Positions 1-17,956 of a DNA stretch of 24,000 bases are shown piece by piece (positions within the stretch are counted from its first letter, which is position 1; the number at the start of each line of letters is the position of its first letter). Source of the DNA: Rahnella inusitata (GTDB lineage Bacteria > Pseudomonadota > Gammaproteobacteria > Enterobacterales > Enterobacteriaceae); assembly GCF_003263515.1 (NCBI RefSeq), contig NZ_JYDE01000019.1, positions 36,384-60,383 of the forward strand. The letters are read 5' to 3'. The position numbers and the translations under genes were made by a program. The notes beneath the pieces were generated by a model. That model ran no database searches and had not been told where the DNA came from. It worked only from the letters and a program-made list of their open reading frames with translations.

Positions 1-342
1 ACTCAGTACGCCTACCATCTGGCAAAAACAGGCCGATATCAGGAAGCCCTGACGGTGCTGAATACGTTAAAAGATCAGAACACCAAAGAGGCATGGAATT
101 ATCGCGGCTATGCGACCCGCAAACTCGGGCGCACCGACGAAGGCATCGGCTATTATCAGAAATCCATCGCCATTGATGCGAATTACGCCAAAGTGCGCGA
201 GTATCTCGGCGAAGCTTATATGATTAAAGGGCGTCCCGATCTCGCCAAAGCGCAGCTGGCAACCATCAAAGGCTTATGCGGCACCGGCTGCGAGGAATAT
301 CGCGATCTGAGCGCAGCTATCGACGGCCATCCGGAATCCTGA
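1..342 (+). CDS. TPR-repeat protein, C-terminal fragment (5' end outside window)
   Basis: Frame 1 is open from base 1 (TQYAYHLAKTGRYQEALTVLNTLK...) to TGA 340-342. Helical repeat pattern typical of TPR (WNYRGYATRKLGRTDEGIGYYQKSIAIDANYAKVREYLGEAYMIKGRPDLA). Confidence 0.6.
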   Translation, partial: TQYAYHLAKTGRYQEALTVLNTLKDQNTKEAWNYRGYATRKLGRTDEGIGYYQKSIAIDANYAKVREYLGEAYMIKGRPDLAKAQLATIKGLCGTGCEEYRDLSAAIDGHPES

Positions 343-421
343 GTACGGGGAACGATAAATTTCACCGACAGAATTACGTCACGAACTGAGCCAGTGTCTG
401 GCCCGCCTGTGGCGCTACGCG

Positions 422-871
422 ATGGTATTATCGCATAAGCGCGATGTGGCGGACGATCTGGTGCAATCCACCTGCGTGCGGGCGCTGGAGCGCTGCGCGC
501 AGGTGAAGGAGAGCGCCGGGGTCGATCGCTGGCTCTTTTCAATTCTGCACTCCGTTTGGGTCAATGAACTCAGGGCGCAGCACGTTCGCCAGGGACAGGG
601 ATTTGTGGATGTGGATGATTTGGATGAACCCGCAGAGACGTTTACCTTTGAGGACAGGCACTGGCATACGCAGGTGATGCAGCGGGTGAAACGCCTGCCT
701 GAAGCCCAGCGCAACGCGGTTTTTCTGGTGTATGTAGAAGGTTTCACCTATCAGGAGGCGGCGATGACGCTGTCAGTGCCGATTGGCACCATCATGAGCC
801 GTCTGGCATCCGCACGGCTGACGCTGGCAAAAAATACCGGAATGTCATCACGACAGGGAGAAAAAAAATGA
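422..871 (+). CDS. ECF-type RNA polymerase sigma-70 family factor (coordinates from first ATG; true start probably upstream, see findings)
   Basis: Sigma region 2 (DDLVQSTCVRALE...DRWLFSILHSVWVNELR) and region 4 HTH (LPEAQRNAVFLVYVEGFTYQEAAMTLSVPIGTIMSRLASARLTL). Stop overlaps the next gene's start (ATGA 868-871). Confidence 0.8.
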   Translation: MVLSHKRDVADDLVQSTCVRALERCAQVKESAGVDRWLFSILHSVWVNELRAQHVRQGQGFVDVDDLDEPAETFTFEDRHWHTQVMQRVKRLPEAQRNAVFLVYVEGFTYQEAAMTLSVPIGTIMSRLASARLTLAKNTGMSSRQGEKK

Positions 872-1644
872 ACCGTGAAATCCTGTCTTCTCCCTTTTCC
901 GATGAAGCCTTAGTGGCATATCTCGATAATCAGCTGAGCGCAAAACAGCGCGCGCAGTTTGAACGACAGCTGGCGCACGACGATGTTCTGGCTGAGCGGC
1001 TGGCGCAGATGGCGCGCAGTAGTCTGCCTTTCCACGATGCTTTCGGCGCAATGTTGCAGGATGCGCCAGTCGGCAGGCTTCAGGCCACGCTGGATGCGAT
1101 CCCGGATGTACCTGCCGCCGCTTCGCGCGGCGTCAGCCGTCGCGCACTGCTTGCCGCATCGGTGAGTTTTCTGGCGGTCGGGCTGCTCGCCGGGCGTTAT
1201 TCGACCCTGCTGCGTGCCGACATCACCTGGCGCGATCGCGTGGCTGATTACATGTCGCTTTACACCGCGCAGACGCTGGCGGACATCAACGATTCCCCTG
1301 AACAGCAGCAGCTCCAGCTGTCGCGGGTGCAGAAATCGCTGGGGATCGTGTTAACACCGGCGGCGCTGAGTGTGCAGGGCGCGGCGCTGAAAAATGCCCG
1401 AATGCTGCATTACGATGAATATGACATCGCGCAGATCACCTATCTGGACGCACGTTTCGGCCCGATGGCGCTGTGCATTACCCGTAGCGAAGAGCGCGAC
1501 GACACGGCGCAGGAGAGTGAAATCCGGCAGAAAATGAACGTCGTTTACTGGAGGCAGTCCGGCTATAACTTCATGCTGATAGGCCACAGTCCGGCGGCGG
1601 TTCTGGCGGAACATGCGGCCAGTTTGCAGGCAAAATTAGCCTGA
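868..1644 (+). CDS. Membrane-spanning anti-sigma factor (no zinc-finger motif)
   Basis: Translationally coupled to the sigma gene, with GGAG at 857-860. N-terminal anti-sigma-like helices (ALVAYLDNQLSAKQRAQFERQLAHDDVLAERL), one TM segment (RRALLAASVSFLAVGLLAGRY) and a C-terminal extracytoplasmic domain. No HxxxCxxC motif. Confidence 0.7.
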   Translation: MNREILSSPFSDEALVAYLDNQLSAKQRAQFERQLAHDDVLAERLAQMARSSLPFHDAFGAMLQDAPVGRLQATLDAIPDVPAAASRGVSRRALLAASVSFLAVGLLAGRYSTLLRADITWRDRVADYMSLYTAQTLADINDSPEQQQLQLSRVQKSLGIVLTPAALSVQGAALKNARMLHYDEYDIAQITYLDARFGPMALCITRSEERDDTAQESEIRQKMNVVYWRQSGYNFMLIGHSPAAVLAEHAASLQAKLA

Positions 1645-1957
1645 GTGTGTGGCAGATAGTTTCGTCACGGAACTAACTTATGTAATTATTTAAAGTATTA
1701 AACTATTTTTAATGCACGTAACGGCAATGTTAAAATGTTTACGAAATCTCGATAATATGAGTAATCGGTAACATTTGTGTGGTTGAATTGTCGTTAGTCA
1801 CCGCAGTTTTCGTTACTCCTCATTATTGTCCTTTCATACTCTGTGGAAACAATCGCTTGTTTCCCACCGCATCGGGTTGTTGATTTCGTTTATCCAGGGA
1901 AATTTGGATAGCTTTCACCTGCAAAACTAAAACTAAACATTCAGAGAAACAGACGTC

Positions 1958-3607
1958 ATGAGAAAGATATTCGCCATGATCCTCTGCCTTAACGTGGTTG
2001 CCTTCAGTCAGTCAGCGTTCGCAGAAGATGAGAAGCCCGTCGATGTATTACTGATCGGCGGCGGCATTATGAGCGCGACGCTGGGGACGTACCTTCAGGA
2101 ATTAGAACCGGACTGGTCAATCAATATGGTTGAGCGTCTGGACGGTGTTGCACTGGAAAGCTCCAATGGCTGGAACAACGCCGGTACCGGTCACTCTGCG
2201 CTGGCAGAAATGAACTACACGCCGGAAAAACCCGATGGCAGCATCGATATTTCCAAAGCGGTGGAGATCAACGAATCCTTCCAGATCTCCCGCCAGTTCT
2301 GGTCATATCAGGTCGAAAACGGCGTTCTGCACAACCCGCGTTCTTTCATCAACAGCACGCCGCACATGAGTTTTGTGTGGGGTGATGACAACATCAATTT
2401 CCTGCGTAAACGTCACGCCGCGCTGCAACAAAGCACGCTGTTCCGTGGCATGGAATACTCTGAAGACCCGGCGCAAATCAAACAGTGGATCCCGCTGGTG
2501 ATGGAAGGTCGTGACCCGCAACAGAAAGTGGCCGCGACGCGCATTCCAATCGGTACCGACGTGAACTTCGGCGAAATAACCCGCCAGCTGGTGGCTTCTT
2601 TGCAGAAGAAACCTAACTTCTCCCTGAGCCTTGGCCATGAAGTCCGTGAAATCAAACGTAACCCGGATAACACCTGGAACGTCACGGTTGCTGATTTGAA
2701 AAACGGCGACAAAGAAAGCGTCATCAAAGCCAAATTCGTGTTTATCGGTGCAGGCGGCGCGTCCCTGACCCTGCTGCAAAAATCCGGTATTCCTGAAGCG
2801 GATAACTACGGCGGCTTCCCGGTTGGCGGTGAATTCCTGGTGACTGAGAACCCGGACGTCGTGAAACGTCATCTGGCAAAAGTGTACGGTAAAGCGTCCG
2901 TTGGCTCGCCGCCGATGTCCGTTCCGCACCTCGACACCCGTATTCTCGATGGTAAACAAGTTCTGCTGTTCGGGCCGTTCGCGACCTTCTCCAGCAAGTT
3001 CCTGAAAAACGGTTCCCTGTGGGATCTGTTCGGTAGCGTCAATTTCTCCAACATCATGCCGATGACCCACGTGGGCATCGACAACTTCGATCTGGTGAAA
3101 TATCTGGTCAGCCAGGTCATGCTCTCCGACGATGACCGTTTCGATGCATTGCGTGAATACTTCCCGGATGCGAAGAAAGAAGACTGGCGTCTGTGGGAAG
3201 CGGGTCAGCGCGTGCAGATCATCAAGAAAGATGAGAAAGAAGGCGGCGTGCTGCGTCTGGGCACCGAAGTGGTCAGCTCGAAAGACGGCAGCATCACCGC
3301 TCTGCTGGGCGCATCACCGGGCGCTTCTACCGCTGCACCGATCATGCTGCACCTGATGGAAAAAGTGTTCAAAGACAAAGTCGCGACGCCAGAGTGGCAG
3401 GCCAAACTGAAGGAAATCATCCCTTCTTACGGCACGCAGCTGAACGGCAACGTGGCCGCAACGGAGAAAGAACTGGGCGACACCAGCCGCGTTCTGATGC
3501 TGGATAATCCACAGCCAAAACCGGTCGAACCGGCACCGGCGGCGGATAACTCTTCAGCACCGAAGCAAGGCCAGGAGCAGAAACAAGTGGCTGACGTCGC
3601 TCTGTAA
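1958..3607 (+). CDS. mqo: Malate:quinone oxidoreductase, copy 1 (hydrophobic signal-like N-terminus)
   Basis: 549 aa. FAD-binding [39 protein letters not shown] and [15 protein letters not shown] blocks are colinear with E. coli Mqo as I remember it. The N-terminus [22 protein letters not shown] resembles the E. coli Mqo leader. Confidence 0.95.
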   Translation: MRKIFAMILCLNVVAFSQSAFAEDEKPVDVLLIGGGIMSATLGTYLQELEPDWSINMVERLDGVALESSNGWNNAGTGHSALAEMNYTPEKPDGSIDISKAVEINESFQISRQFWSYQVENGVLHNPRSFINSTPHMSFVWGDDNINFLRKRHAALQQSTLFRGMEYSEDPAQIKQWIPLVMEGRDPQQKVAATRIPIGTDVNFGEITRQLVASLQKKPNFSLSLGHEVREIKRNPDNTWNVTVADLKNGDKESVIKAKFVFIGAGGASLTLLQKSGIPEADNYGGFPVGGEFLVTENPDVVKRHLAKVYGKASVGSPPMSVPHLDTRILDGKQVLLFGPFATFSSKFLKNGSLWDLFGSVNFSNIMPMTHVGIDNFDLVKYLVSQVMLSDDDRFDALREYFPDAKKEDWRLWEAGQRVQIIKKDEKEGGVLRLGTEVVSSKDGSITALLGASPGASTAAPIMLHLMEKVFKDKVATPEWQAKLKEIIPSYGTQLNGNVAATEKELGDTSRVLMLDNPQPKPVEPAPAADNSSAPKQGQEQKQVADVAL

Positions 3608-3634
3608 TCTGAATCTTAAAGCCGTTATCAGGAA

Positions 3635-3657
3635 GGCGCGGGAGACCGCGCCTTTTT
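3635..3657 (+). terminator. Rho-independent terminator after mqo copy 1
   Basis: GGCGCGG (3635-3641), loop GAGA, CCGCGCC (3646-3652), then T5 (3653-3657). Lies 28 nt after the stop codon. Confidence 0.7.
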
Positions 3658-4004
3658 AACAATCTTCTCCAATTTCTTCCTCCCTCAAATCCGATTTAGC
3701 ACGAATTGCGCGTTCTTTGTACGCCACAAATCTGTCAAAAACATCGTCATAAATCCCCGAAAACCCTGTCGGATTGCGGCCTGCGCGCAAGTCAGACGTT
3801 CTCATCTCCTCTTTTTTTGAAAGGTTAAATCCTTTTTTAAATTATGTAGTGATAATGTTATATTCGTTGCCATCATTTGAAAAAATGAAGATTCAGTAAC
3901 GTTCCCGCGTGTTTTTTTGCTAATTTCTTGTTCGATTGTGATAACAGAAGTCATAACAAATCGTCATAACGAAACAGAACTGAACATTTAGAGAAACAGA
4001 CGTC

Positions 4005-5657
4005 ATGAGAAAGATACTTGGTATGCTTCTCAACCGTGACTCACTGGGTGCCAGCGAGCCTGCGGCCGCAGAAGACGAAAAATCCGTTGATGTATTGCTG
4101 GTCGGCGGCGGAATTATGAGTGCTACGCTCGGGACCTATCTTCAGGAACTCGAGCCGGACTGGTCGATCCATATGATCGAACGCATGGACGGCGTGGCGC
4201 AGGAAAGCTCGAACGGCTGGAATAACGCCGGGACAGGCCATTCCGCGCTGGCAGAAATGAACTACACCCCGGTGATGCAGGACGGCTCCGTCGATATCAC
4301 CAAAGCCGTGGCGATCAACGAAGCCTTTCAGGTTTCCCGTCAGTTTATGGCGTATCAGGTGCAAAAAGGTGTGCTGAATAATCCACGCTCGTTCATTAAC
4401 AGCGTGCCGCACATGAGCTTTGTCTGGGGCGATGAAAATATCGATTTCCTGCGCAAACGTTTTGCTGCCCTGCAGGAAAGTACGTTGTTCCGTGGGATGG
4501 AATATTCGGAAGATCCGGAACAAATCAAACAGTGGATCCCGGCGGTAATGGATGGCCGTGATCCGGCGCAAAAAGTGGCGGCAACCCGCACCACGGCAGG
4601 CACCGACGTGAACTTCGGCGAAGTAACGCGTCAGCTGGTGGAAGCCCTGCAGAAAAAATCCAATTTCACGCTGGCGAATGGCCAGGAAGTGCGCGACATC
4701 CAGCGCAATCCGGACAGAAGCTGGCGCGTGACCATCACCGATCTCAAACACAGTCACAAACATCACGTCGTGAACGCGAAATTTGTGTTCATCGGTGCCG
4801 GTGGTGCGTCGCTGACCCTGTTACAAAAATCCGGTATTCCGGAAGCGCGTGACTACGGCGGTTTCCCGGTCGGCGGTGAATTCCTGGTGACTGAGAATCA
4901 GGACGTGGTGAGACGTCATCTGGCGAAGGTGTACGGCAAGGCCGCCGTGGGCGCCCCGCCGATGTCCGTTCCGCATCTCGACACCCGTATCATCGACGGT
5001 AAACAGGTTCTGCTGTTCGGGCCGTTCGCGACCTTCTCCAGCAAATTCCTCAAAAACGGTTCCCTGTGGGATCTGTTCGGGAGCGTCAACAGCTCGAACT
5101 TACTGCCAATGACGCACGTCGGCATGGGTAACTTCGACCTGGTGAAATATCTGGTCGGGCAGGTGATGCTCAGTGATAACGACCGTCATGCAGCGCTGAA
5201 GGAATTCTTCCCGCAGGCCGAGCAAAAAGACTGGAAACGCTGGGTGGCGGGGCAGCGCGTGCAGGTCATCAAAAAAGATGGCAAACACGGTGGCGTATTG
5301 CGTCTGGGCACTGAAGTGGTCAGTGCGAAAGATGGCAGCATCGCCGCCTTGCTGGGCGCCTCTCCGGGCGCGTCCACTGCTGCGCCAATCATGATGAAGC
5401 TGCTGGAAACCGTGTTTAAAGAGAAAGCCGCCAGCCCGCAATGGCAGGCCAAATTCCGGGAGATCATCCCGTCGTATGGCACAAAACTGAACGGCAATGT
5501 GGAAGCAACCGAGAAAGAGCTGCTGGAAACCAGCCGTATTCTGCAACTCGAGACGCCTTCCATGAAGACGACGCCGGTCGCCGAGGTGGTTCAGCTGCGT
5601 CCGCTCGATGCACAGGCGCAGGAAGAAACCAATCTGCCAGCGGATATCGCGCTGTAA
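4005..5657 (+). CDS. mqo: Malate:quinone oxidoreductase, copy 2 (tandem paralogue, non-hydrophobic N-terminus)
   Basis: 550 aa, colinear with copy 1 over the whole length with the same FAD and catalytic blocks. The first 22 residues ([22 protein letters not shown]) and the C-terminal ~45 residues diverge. Confidence 0.93.
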   Translation: MRKILGMLLNRDSLGASEPAAAEDEKSVDVLLVGGGIMSATLGTYLQELEPDWSIHMIERMDGVAQESSNGWNNAGTGHSALAEMNYTPVMQDGSVDITKAVAINEAFQVSRQFMAYQVQKGVLNNPRSFINSVPHMSFVWGDENIDFLRKRFAALQESTLFRGMEYSEDPEQIKQWIPAVMDGRDPAQKVAATRTTAGTDVNFGEVTRQLVEALQKKSNFTLANGQEVRDIQRNPDRSWRVTITDLKHSHKHHVVNAKFVFIGAGGASLTLLQKSGIPEARDYGGFPVGGEFLVTENQDVVRRHLAKVYGKAAVGAPPMSVPHLDTRIIDGKQVLLFGPFATFSSKFLKNGSLWDLFGSVNSSNLLPMTHVGMGNFDLVKYLVGQVMLSDNDRHAALKEFFPQAEQKDWKRWVAGQRVQVIKKDGKHGGVLRLGTEVVSAKDGSIAALLGASPGASTAAPIMMKLLETVFKEKAASPQWQAKFREIIPSYGTKLNGNVEATEKELLETSRILQLETPSMKTTPVAEVVQLRPLDAQAQEETNLPADIAL

Positions 5658-5674
5658 TTCCTTAACCGAAAAAC

Positions 5675-5710
5675 AAAAAAACCGCCTGTTAACCTCAGGC
5701 GGTTTTTTTT
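5675..5710. terminator. Bidirectional Rho-independent terminator between convergent mqo copy 2 and the permease gene
   Basis: A7 (5675-5681), CCGCCTG (5682-5688), 7-nt loop, CAGGCGG (5696-5702), T8 (5703-5710). The A-run/T-run symmetry allows termination on both strands. Confidence 0.75.
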
Positions 5711-5725
5711 ATGCCTTTATTTTCC

Positions 5726-10867
<5,142 letters not shown>

Positions 10868-10869
10868 AT

Positions 10870-10885
10870 TGTCAGAGAGATCACA
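10870..10885. promoter_or_regulatory. CRP-like site upstream of ebgA
   Basis: TGTCA-GAGAGA-TCACA, one mismatch from the TGTGA-N6-TCACA consensus. Lies about 80-95 nt upstream of the ebgA GTG. A TATTTT -10-like hexamer about 30 nt downstream on the minus strand would fit class II spacing. Confidence 0.35.
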
Positions 10886-11005
10886 CAATTTTAAAAATGT
10901 GTTTGAGGATCATGCAGTTAACTTTACCGATCGTCGGAGATCCCTCTGACACTGCCTTTTCATCGAAAAACCGCGTGCCAGAGAGTGATTCGTACCAGCC
11001 CCGGA

Positions 11006-12091
<1,086 letters not shown>

Positions 12092-12120
12092 TTAACGCTT
12101 TACCAATAATTCAGTATATT
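12092..12120 (+). promoter_or_regulatory. Candidate sigma-70 promoter of ygjJ-ygjK
   Basis: TTAACG (12092-12097), 17-nt spacer, TATATT (12115-12120). It sits immediately upstream of the operator palindrome and 78 nt before the ygjJ ATG. Confidence 0.3.
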
Positions 12121-12138
12121 TTAGTAAAATATTTACTA
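12112..12138. promoter_or_regulatory. Operator-like palindrome TAGTAAA-ATA-TTTACTA plus an upstream CAGTATA half-site
   Basis: Perfect 7-3-7 inverted repeat at 12122-12138 directly after the -10 candidate. A related heptamer CAGTATA lies 10 bp upstream (12112-12118). The motif is shared with the ebgA promoter. Confidence 0.5.
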
Positions 12139-12182
12139 CTATGCGTTTTACTTTTTGGCTCACCTAAAACTTCTCATCCTGA

Positions 12183-15667
<3,485 letters not shown>

Positions 15668-15680
15668 TCCAGTGGCCGTA

Positions 15681-15701
15681 ACCGCCCCTCGGGGCGGTTT
15701 T
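15681..15701. terminator. Rho-independent terminator after ygjK, shared with the convergent permease gene
   Basis: ACCGCCC(C) / (G)GGGCGGT stem (15681-15698) with a short loop, followed by a T run to 15701. Lies 14 nt after the ygjK stop and 7 nt from the stop of the minus-strand gene. Confidence 0.7.
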
Positions 15702-15707
15702 CGTAGG

Positions 15708-16961
15708 TCAGGATTTGCGCCCTAATCCCCAGCACACCAGCCCTGCGACCACCAGCGACGGAAGGGTCGCGCCGATGTCCGGCAGCAGGTGAGCCATCAG
15801 ATGATAGACCGCGATACCGATAATCCATGCTGCCAGTGAATGCACATTCAGGTCTTTATGGGTCTGAGCGTGCAGGACAAAATGATGGGTGAGCACGACG
15901 CCGAACAGGGGCGCAAACACTGAGCCAATCAGCAGAAGGAAGTTTTCATACTGCGTGAGCGGCACACCCCATGCGATAAGCGTACACAGCAAGCCAATGC
16001 CCAGAGTGAGTTTTCCGATGCTGATGGGCAACGATGTCCCCGCCGAGACCGCCGCCGAATGGATATCCGCGAACGCGTTTTCGTGTTCATCCACCAGAAT
16101 CAGTAACAATGGAATGCCCAGCGCGATGCCGGAAAGTGCCAGCAGCAGGGCGTTAGCGTCAGTCGATGTGCTGACGAACGCCAGCGTGTAGCCCACGCCG
16201 AGTGACATCATCCATACGCTGCCGAGAAAATATCCGCACGCCGTTCCCCAGAAGTTCTGTCTGGCGGTTTTGCCGAACCGGGTGTAATCCGACACCAGCG
16301 GCAGCCACGAAAAGGCCATCGAGACCACGATGTCACAGGCCTGCGCGAACGGCATCGAGCCGTCTCCCGCTTTGTGCCAGAGCGTGGATAAATCCGCATG
16401 CAGGAACAGGTAACCGGTCAGCCACGCGCAACTTGCCAGAAGCAACCAGATCCCCCAGCGGCGCAACACCACGCGGATAAATGCCAGAGGCCCGCTGGCC
16501 GCCAGCAGCGTGGCGATTGCGCCGAAGATAAACGTCCAGAGTGTCGGATTGGCCCACAAGCCGCCATCGCCCCACGCCCGTTTTGCCAGAAGTGTGGCCG
16601 CATCGCGCATGACGACGATTTCGAACGCTCCCCAGCCGACCAGTTGGATCAGATTAAACACCACCGGCAACGCCACGCCGCGTTTACCGAGGCTCAGCCT
16701 CAGCGATGCCATCGACGACATTCCCGTCTGTCCGCCGATCACCCCGACCAGCGCCAGCAGTGCAACGCCCACTGCGGAACCCAACACAACAGCCGCCAGC
16801 GATCCCGCGAGCCCCAGACCCGGAGCCAGAATCGCCCCCGCCTGCAATACCATCAGGCCCATGCCGAGCGAGAACCAAAGCGAGAATAAATCAGCCCAAC
16901 CTAATGTCCGTGATTTTTCCGGAACAGAGGTTTTCGGTGAGTAAATACTATTATCTTTCAT
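15708..16961 (-). CDS. NCS1-family purine/cytosine-type permease (CodB/CytX-like)
   Basis: 417 aa with about 12 TM segments. Length and layout resemble CodB (419 aa), and the SDYTRFGKTARQ motif parallels CodB ADFVRFGRNAK. Substrate not assignable. Confidence 0.7.
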   Translation of the reverse strand: MKDNSIYSPKTSVPEKSRTLGWADLFSLWFSLGMGLMVLQAGAILAPGLGLAGSLAAVVLGSAVGVALLALVGVIGGQTGMSSMASLRLSLGKRGVALPVVFNLIQLVGWGAFEIVVMRDAATLLAKRAWGDGGLWANPTLWTFIFGAIATLLAASGPLAFIRVVLRRWGIWLLLASCAWLTGYLFLHADLSTLWHKAGDGSMPFAQACDIVVSMAFSWLPLVSDYTRFGKTARQNFWGTACGYFLGSVWMMSLGVGYTLAFVSTSTDANALLLALSGIALGIPLLLILVDEHENAFADIHSAAVSAGTSLPISIGKLTLGIGLLCTLIAWGVPLTQYENFLLLIGSVFAPLFGVVLTHHFVLHAQTHKDLNVHSLAAWIIGIAVYHLMAHLLPDIGATLPSLVVAGLVCWGLGRKS

Positions 16962-17114
16962 GAGGTTAATTTCGTGGTTACAGCGAAGGTCTGTTATAGC
17001 ACAAAGCCAAAGGATTCTGATGACGGGTATGGGGGAAGCGCACTTTTGGGTTTCAGTTGCTGAATTTCCGGCACAAAAAACCTTTTCTCACTTCTTAAAA
17101 TTTCAATCTCTTCC

Positions 17115-17786
17115 TTACTTCGAATGAATCACAATCACGCCTAATTTCTCCAGCAAATGACTTTGCTGCCAGTCATCGATTTTCACGCCGTCGAGATCGA
17201 CCTTGCGCAGGTTCAGTTCGCCAAGATCGGAATTCGTCAGGTCACAATGGGTGATGTTCACATTGTTCCAGTCAAACTCGGTGAATTCGCCGCCGGAAAG
17301 ATCGGAGCCGCTGAGGTTCGCGCCTTGCACATTCGCACCGGTCCAGCGGTTTTCCCACAGTTCACATTTCTCCAGAATGACTTTGCTGAAGTTCGTGTAG
17401 CTGAAGTTATTTTTGGTCATGAACGCGCTGCAAAACCAGGTGCGCGAGGTGATCATATTCATAAAGCTGGCACCGCTGAAATCTGCGCCGGTGGCTTTGC
17501 ATTCGCGGATTTCCAGACCCAGCGCCTGAATATTTTTGAAGTCGGCCATGGTTAAATCGCAGTTTTTGAAACTGGCGTCTTTCAGCTGCGCATGCTGAAA
17601 AGAGCAACCTGCCTGCGTTTCATCATCGTAAAAAATACAGTTCACGAAGGCGACTTCAGACAGATCACTGCTGTCGAAACGGCAGCGCAGGAACCGGCAA
17701 TCATGAAATATTTCGCCCGTCAGCTGCTTCTGGCTAAACCGCTGGTCGCTGAAAGTCTGGTCTTTGATCATCTCGTTCTCTGTCAT
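17115..17786 (-). CDS. qnr: Qnr-family pentapeptide-repeat protein (DNA gyrase/topoisomerase IV protection, quinolone resistance determinant)
   Basis: 223 aa. Colinear with remembered QnrB/QnrD through GADFSGASFMNMITSRTWFCSAFMTKNNFSYTNFSKVILEKCELWENRW, GSDLSGGEF, THCDLTNSDLGEL and LEKLGVIV. Pentapeptide A(D/N)LXX periodicity runs throughout. Confidence 0.9.
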   Translation of the reverse strand: MTENEMIKDQTFSDQRFSQKQLTGEIFHDCRFLRCRFDSSDLSEVAFVNCIFYDDETQAGCSFQHAQLKDASFKNCDLTMADFKNIQALGLEIRECKATGADFSGASFMNMITSRTWFCSAFMTKNNFSYTNFSKVILEKCELWENRWTGANVQGANLSGSDLSGGEFTEFDWNNVNITHCDLTNSDLGELNLRKVDLDGVKIDDWQQSHLLEKLGVIVIHSK

Positions 17787-17811
17787 TTTTCCCGCCGCGA
17801 AGGGGCTTATC

Positions 17812-17827
17812 CTGACAGAAAATACAG
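17812..17827 (-). promoter_or_regulatory. LexA (SOS) box upstream of qnr
   Basis: The minus strand reads CTGTATTTTCTGTCAG, i.e. CTGT-N8-TCAG against the consensus CTGT-N8-ACAG, with CTG-N10-CAG intact. It ends 25 nt upstream of the qnr ATG. Confidence 0.6.
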
Positions 17828-17956
17828 ATCGAAAATATGGAACCTGCCTCGTAATAACACGATTTACTTAAGTATTCGTTTTGCCGATCGGCTGGCAGGC
17901 GTCTATTCTCAAAGGCTTAACGGAGTCCATCTTTCAATCAGCTAAGGAAGACTGAA

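Noticed and set aside
349-380. ECF-type promoter-like GGAAC ... CGTC upstream of the sigma gene (autoregulation).
   Set aside because: The spacing between the elements is 23 nt, against the 16-17 nt typical of ECF promoters. The segment probably lies inside the real coding sequence of the sigma factor.
2303-3070. 255-aa minus-strand ORF inside mqo copy 1. The same pattern appears at 4041-4766, 5100-5546 and 5186-5563 inside copy 2.
   Set aside because: It lies wholly antisense to a gene with unambiguous homology. The translation is Arg/His/Val-rich low-complexity sequence typical of shadow ORFs in GC-rich coding DNA, with no start context.
3656-3805. 49-aa minus-strand ORF (MRTSDLRAGRNPTGFSGIYDDVFDRFVAYKERAIRAKSDLREEEIGEDC) between the two mqo genes, preceded by AAGAGGAG.
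   Set aside because: The SD-like purine run abuts the ATG with essentially no spacer. Three of its Arg codons are rare AGA/AGG. Its stop lies inside the T-tract of the mqo terminator, and I recognise no family. It would need Ribo-seq or conservation evidence.
1715-3970. ArcA-like direct repeats upstream of the mqo copies: TGTTAAAATGTTTA near 1718-1731, and three ATAAC/GTTAT repeats at 3941-3970.
   Set aside because: Repeat spacings of 8, 12 and 13 bp do not match the 11-bp phasing of ArcA boxes, and the motifs are short and AT-rich. Evidence is insufficient without a matrix scan.
16398-16944. Plus-strand ORFs of 163 and 144 aa, plus several shorter ones, overlapping the NCS1 permease gene.
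   Set aside because: They give highly Pro/Arg/Gln/Ala-rich nonsense-like translations on the strand opposite a 12-TM permease ORF. These are GC-skew artefacts.
16962-17114. Possible TPP (THI-box) riboswitch in the leader of the CytX/CodB-like permease.
   Set aside because: I read the minus-strand leader for the hallmark CUGAGA and ACCUGAUCUGGAUAAUGCCAGCG-type elements and found neither. A covariance-model scan (Rfam RF00059) would be the decisive test.
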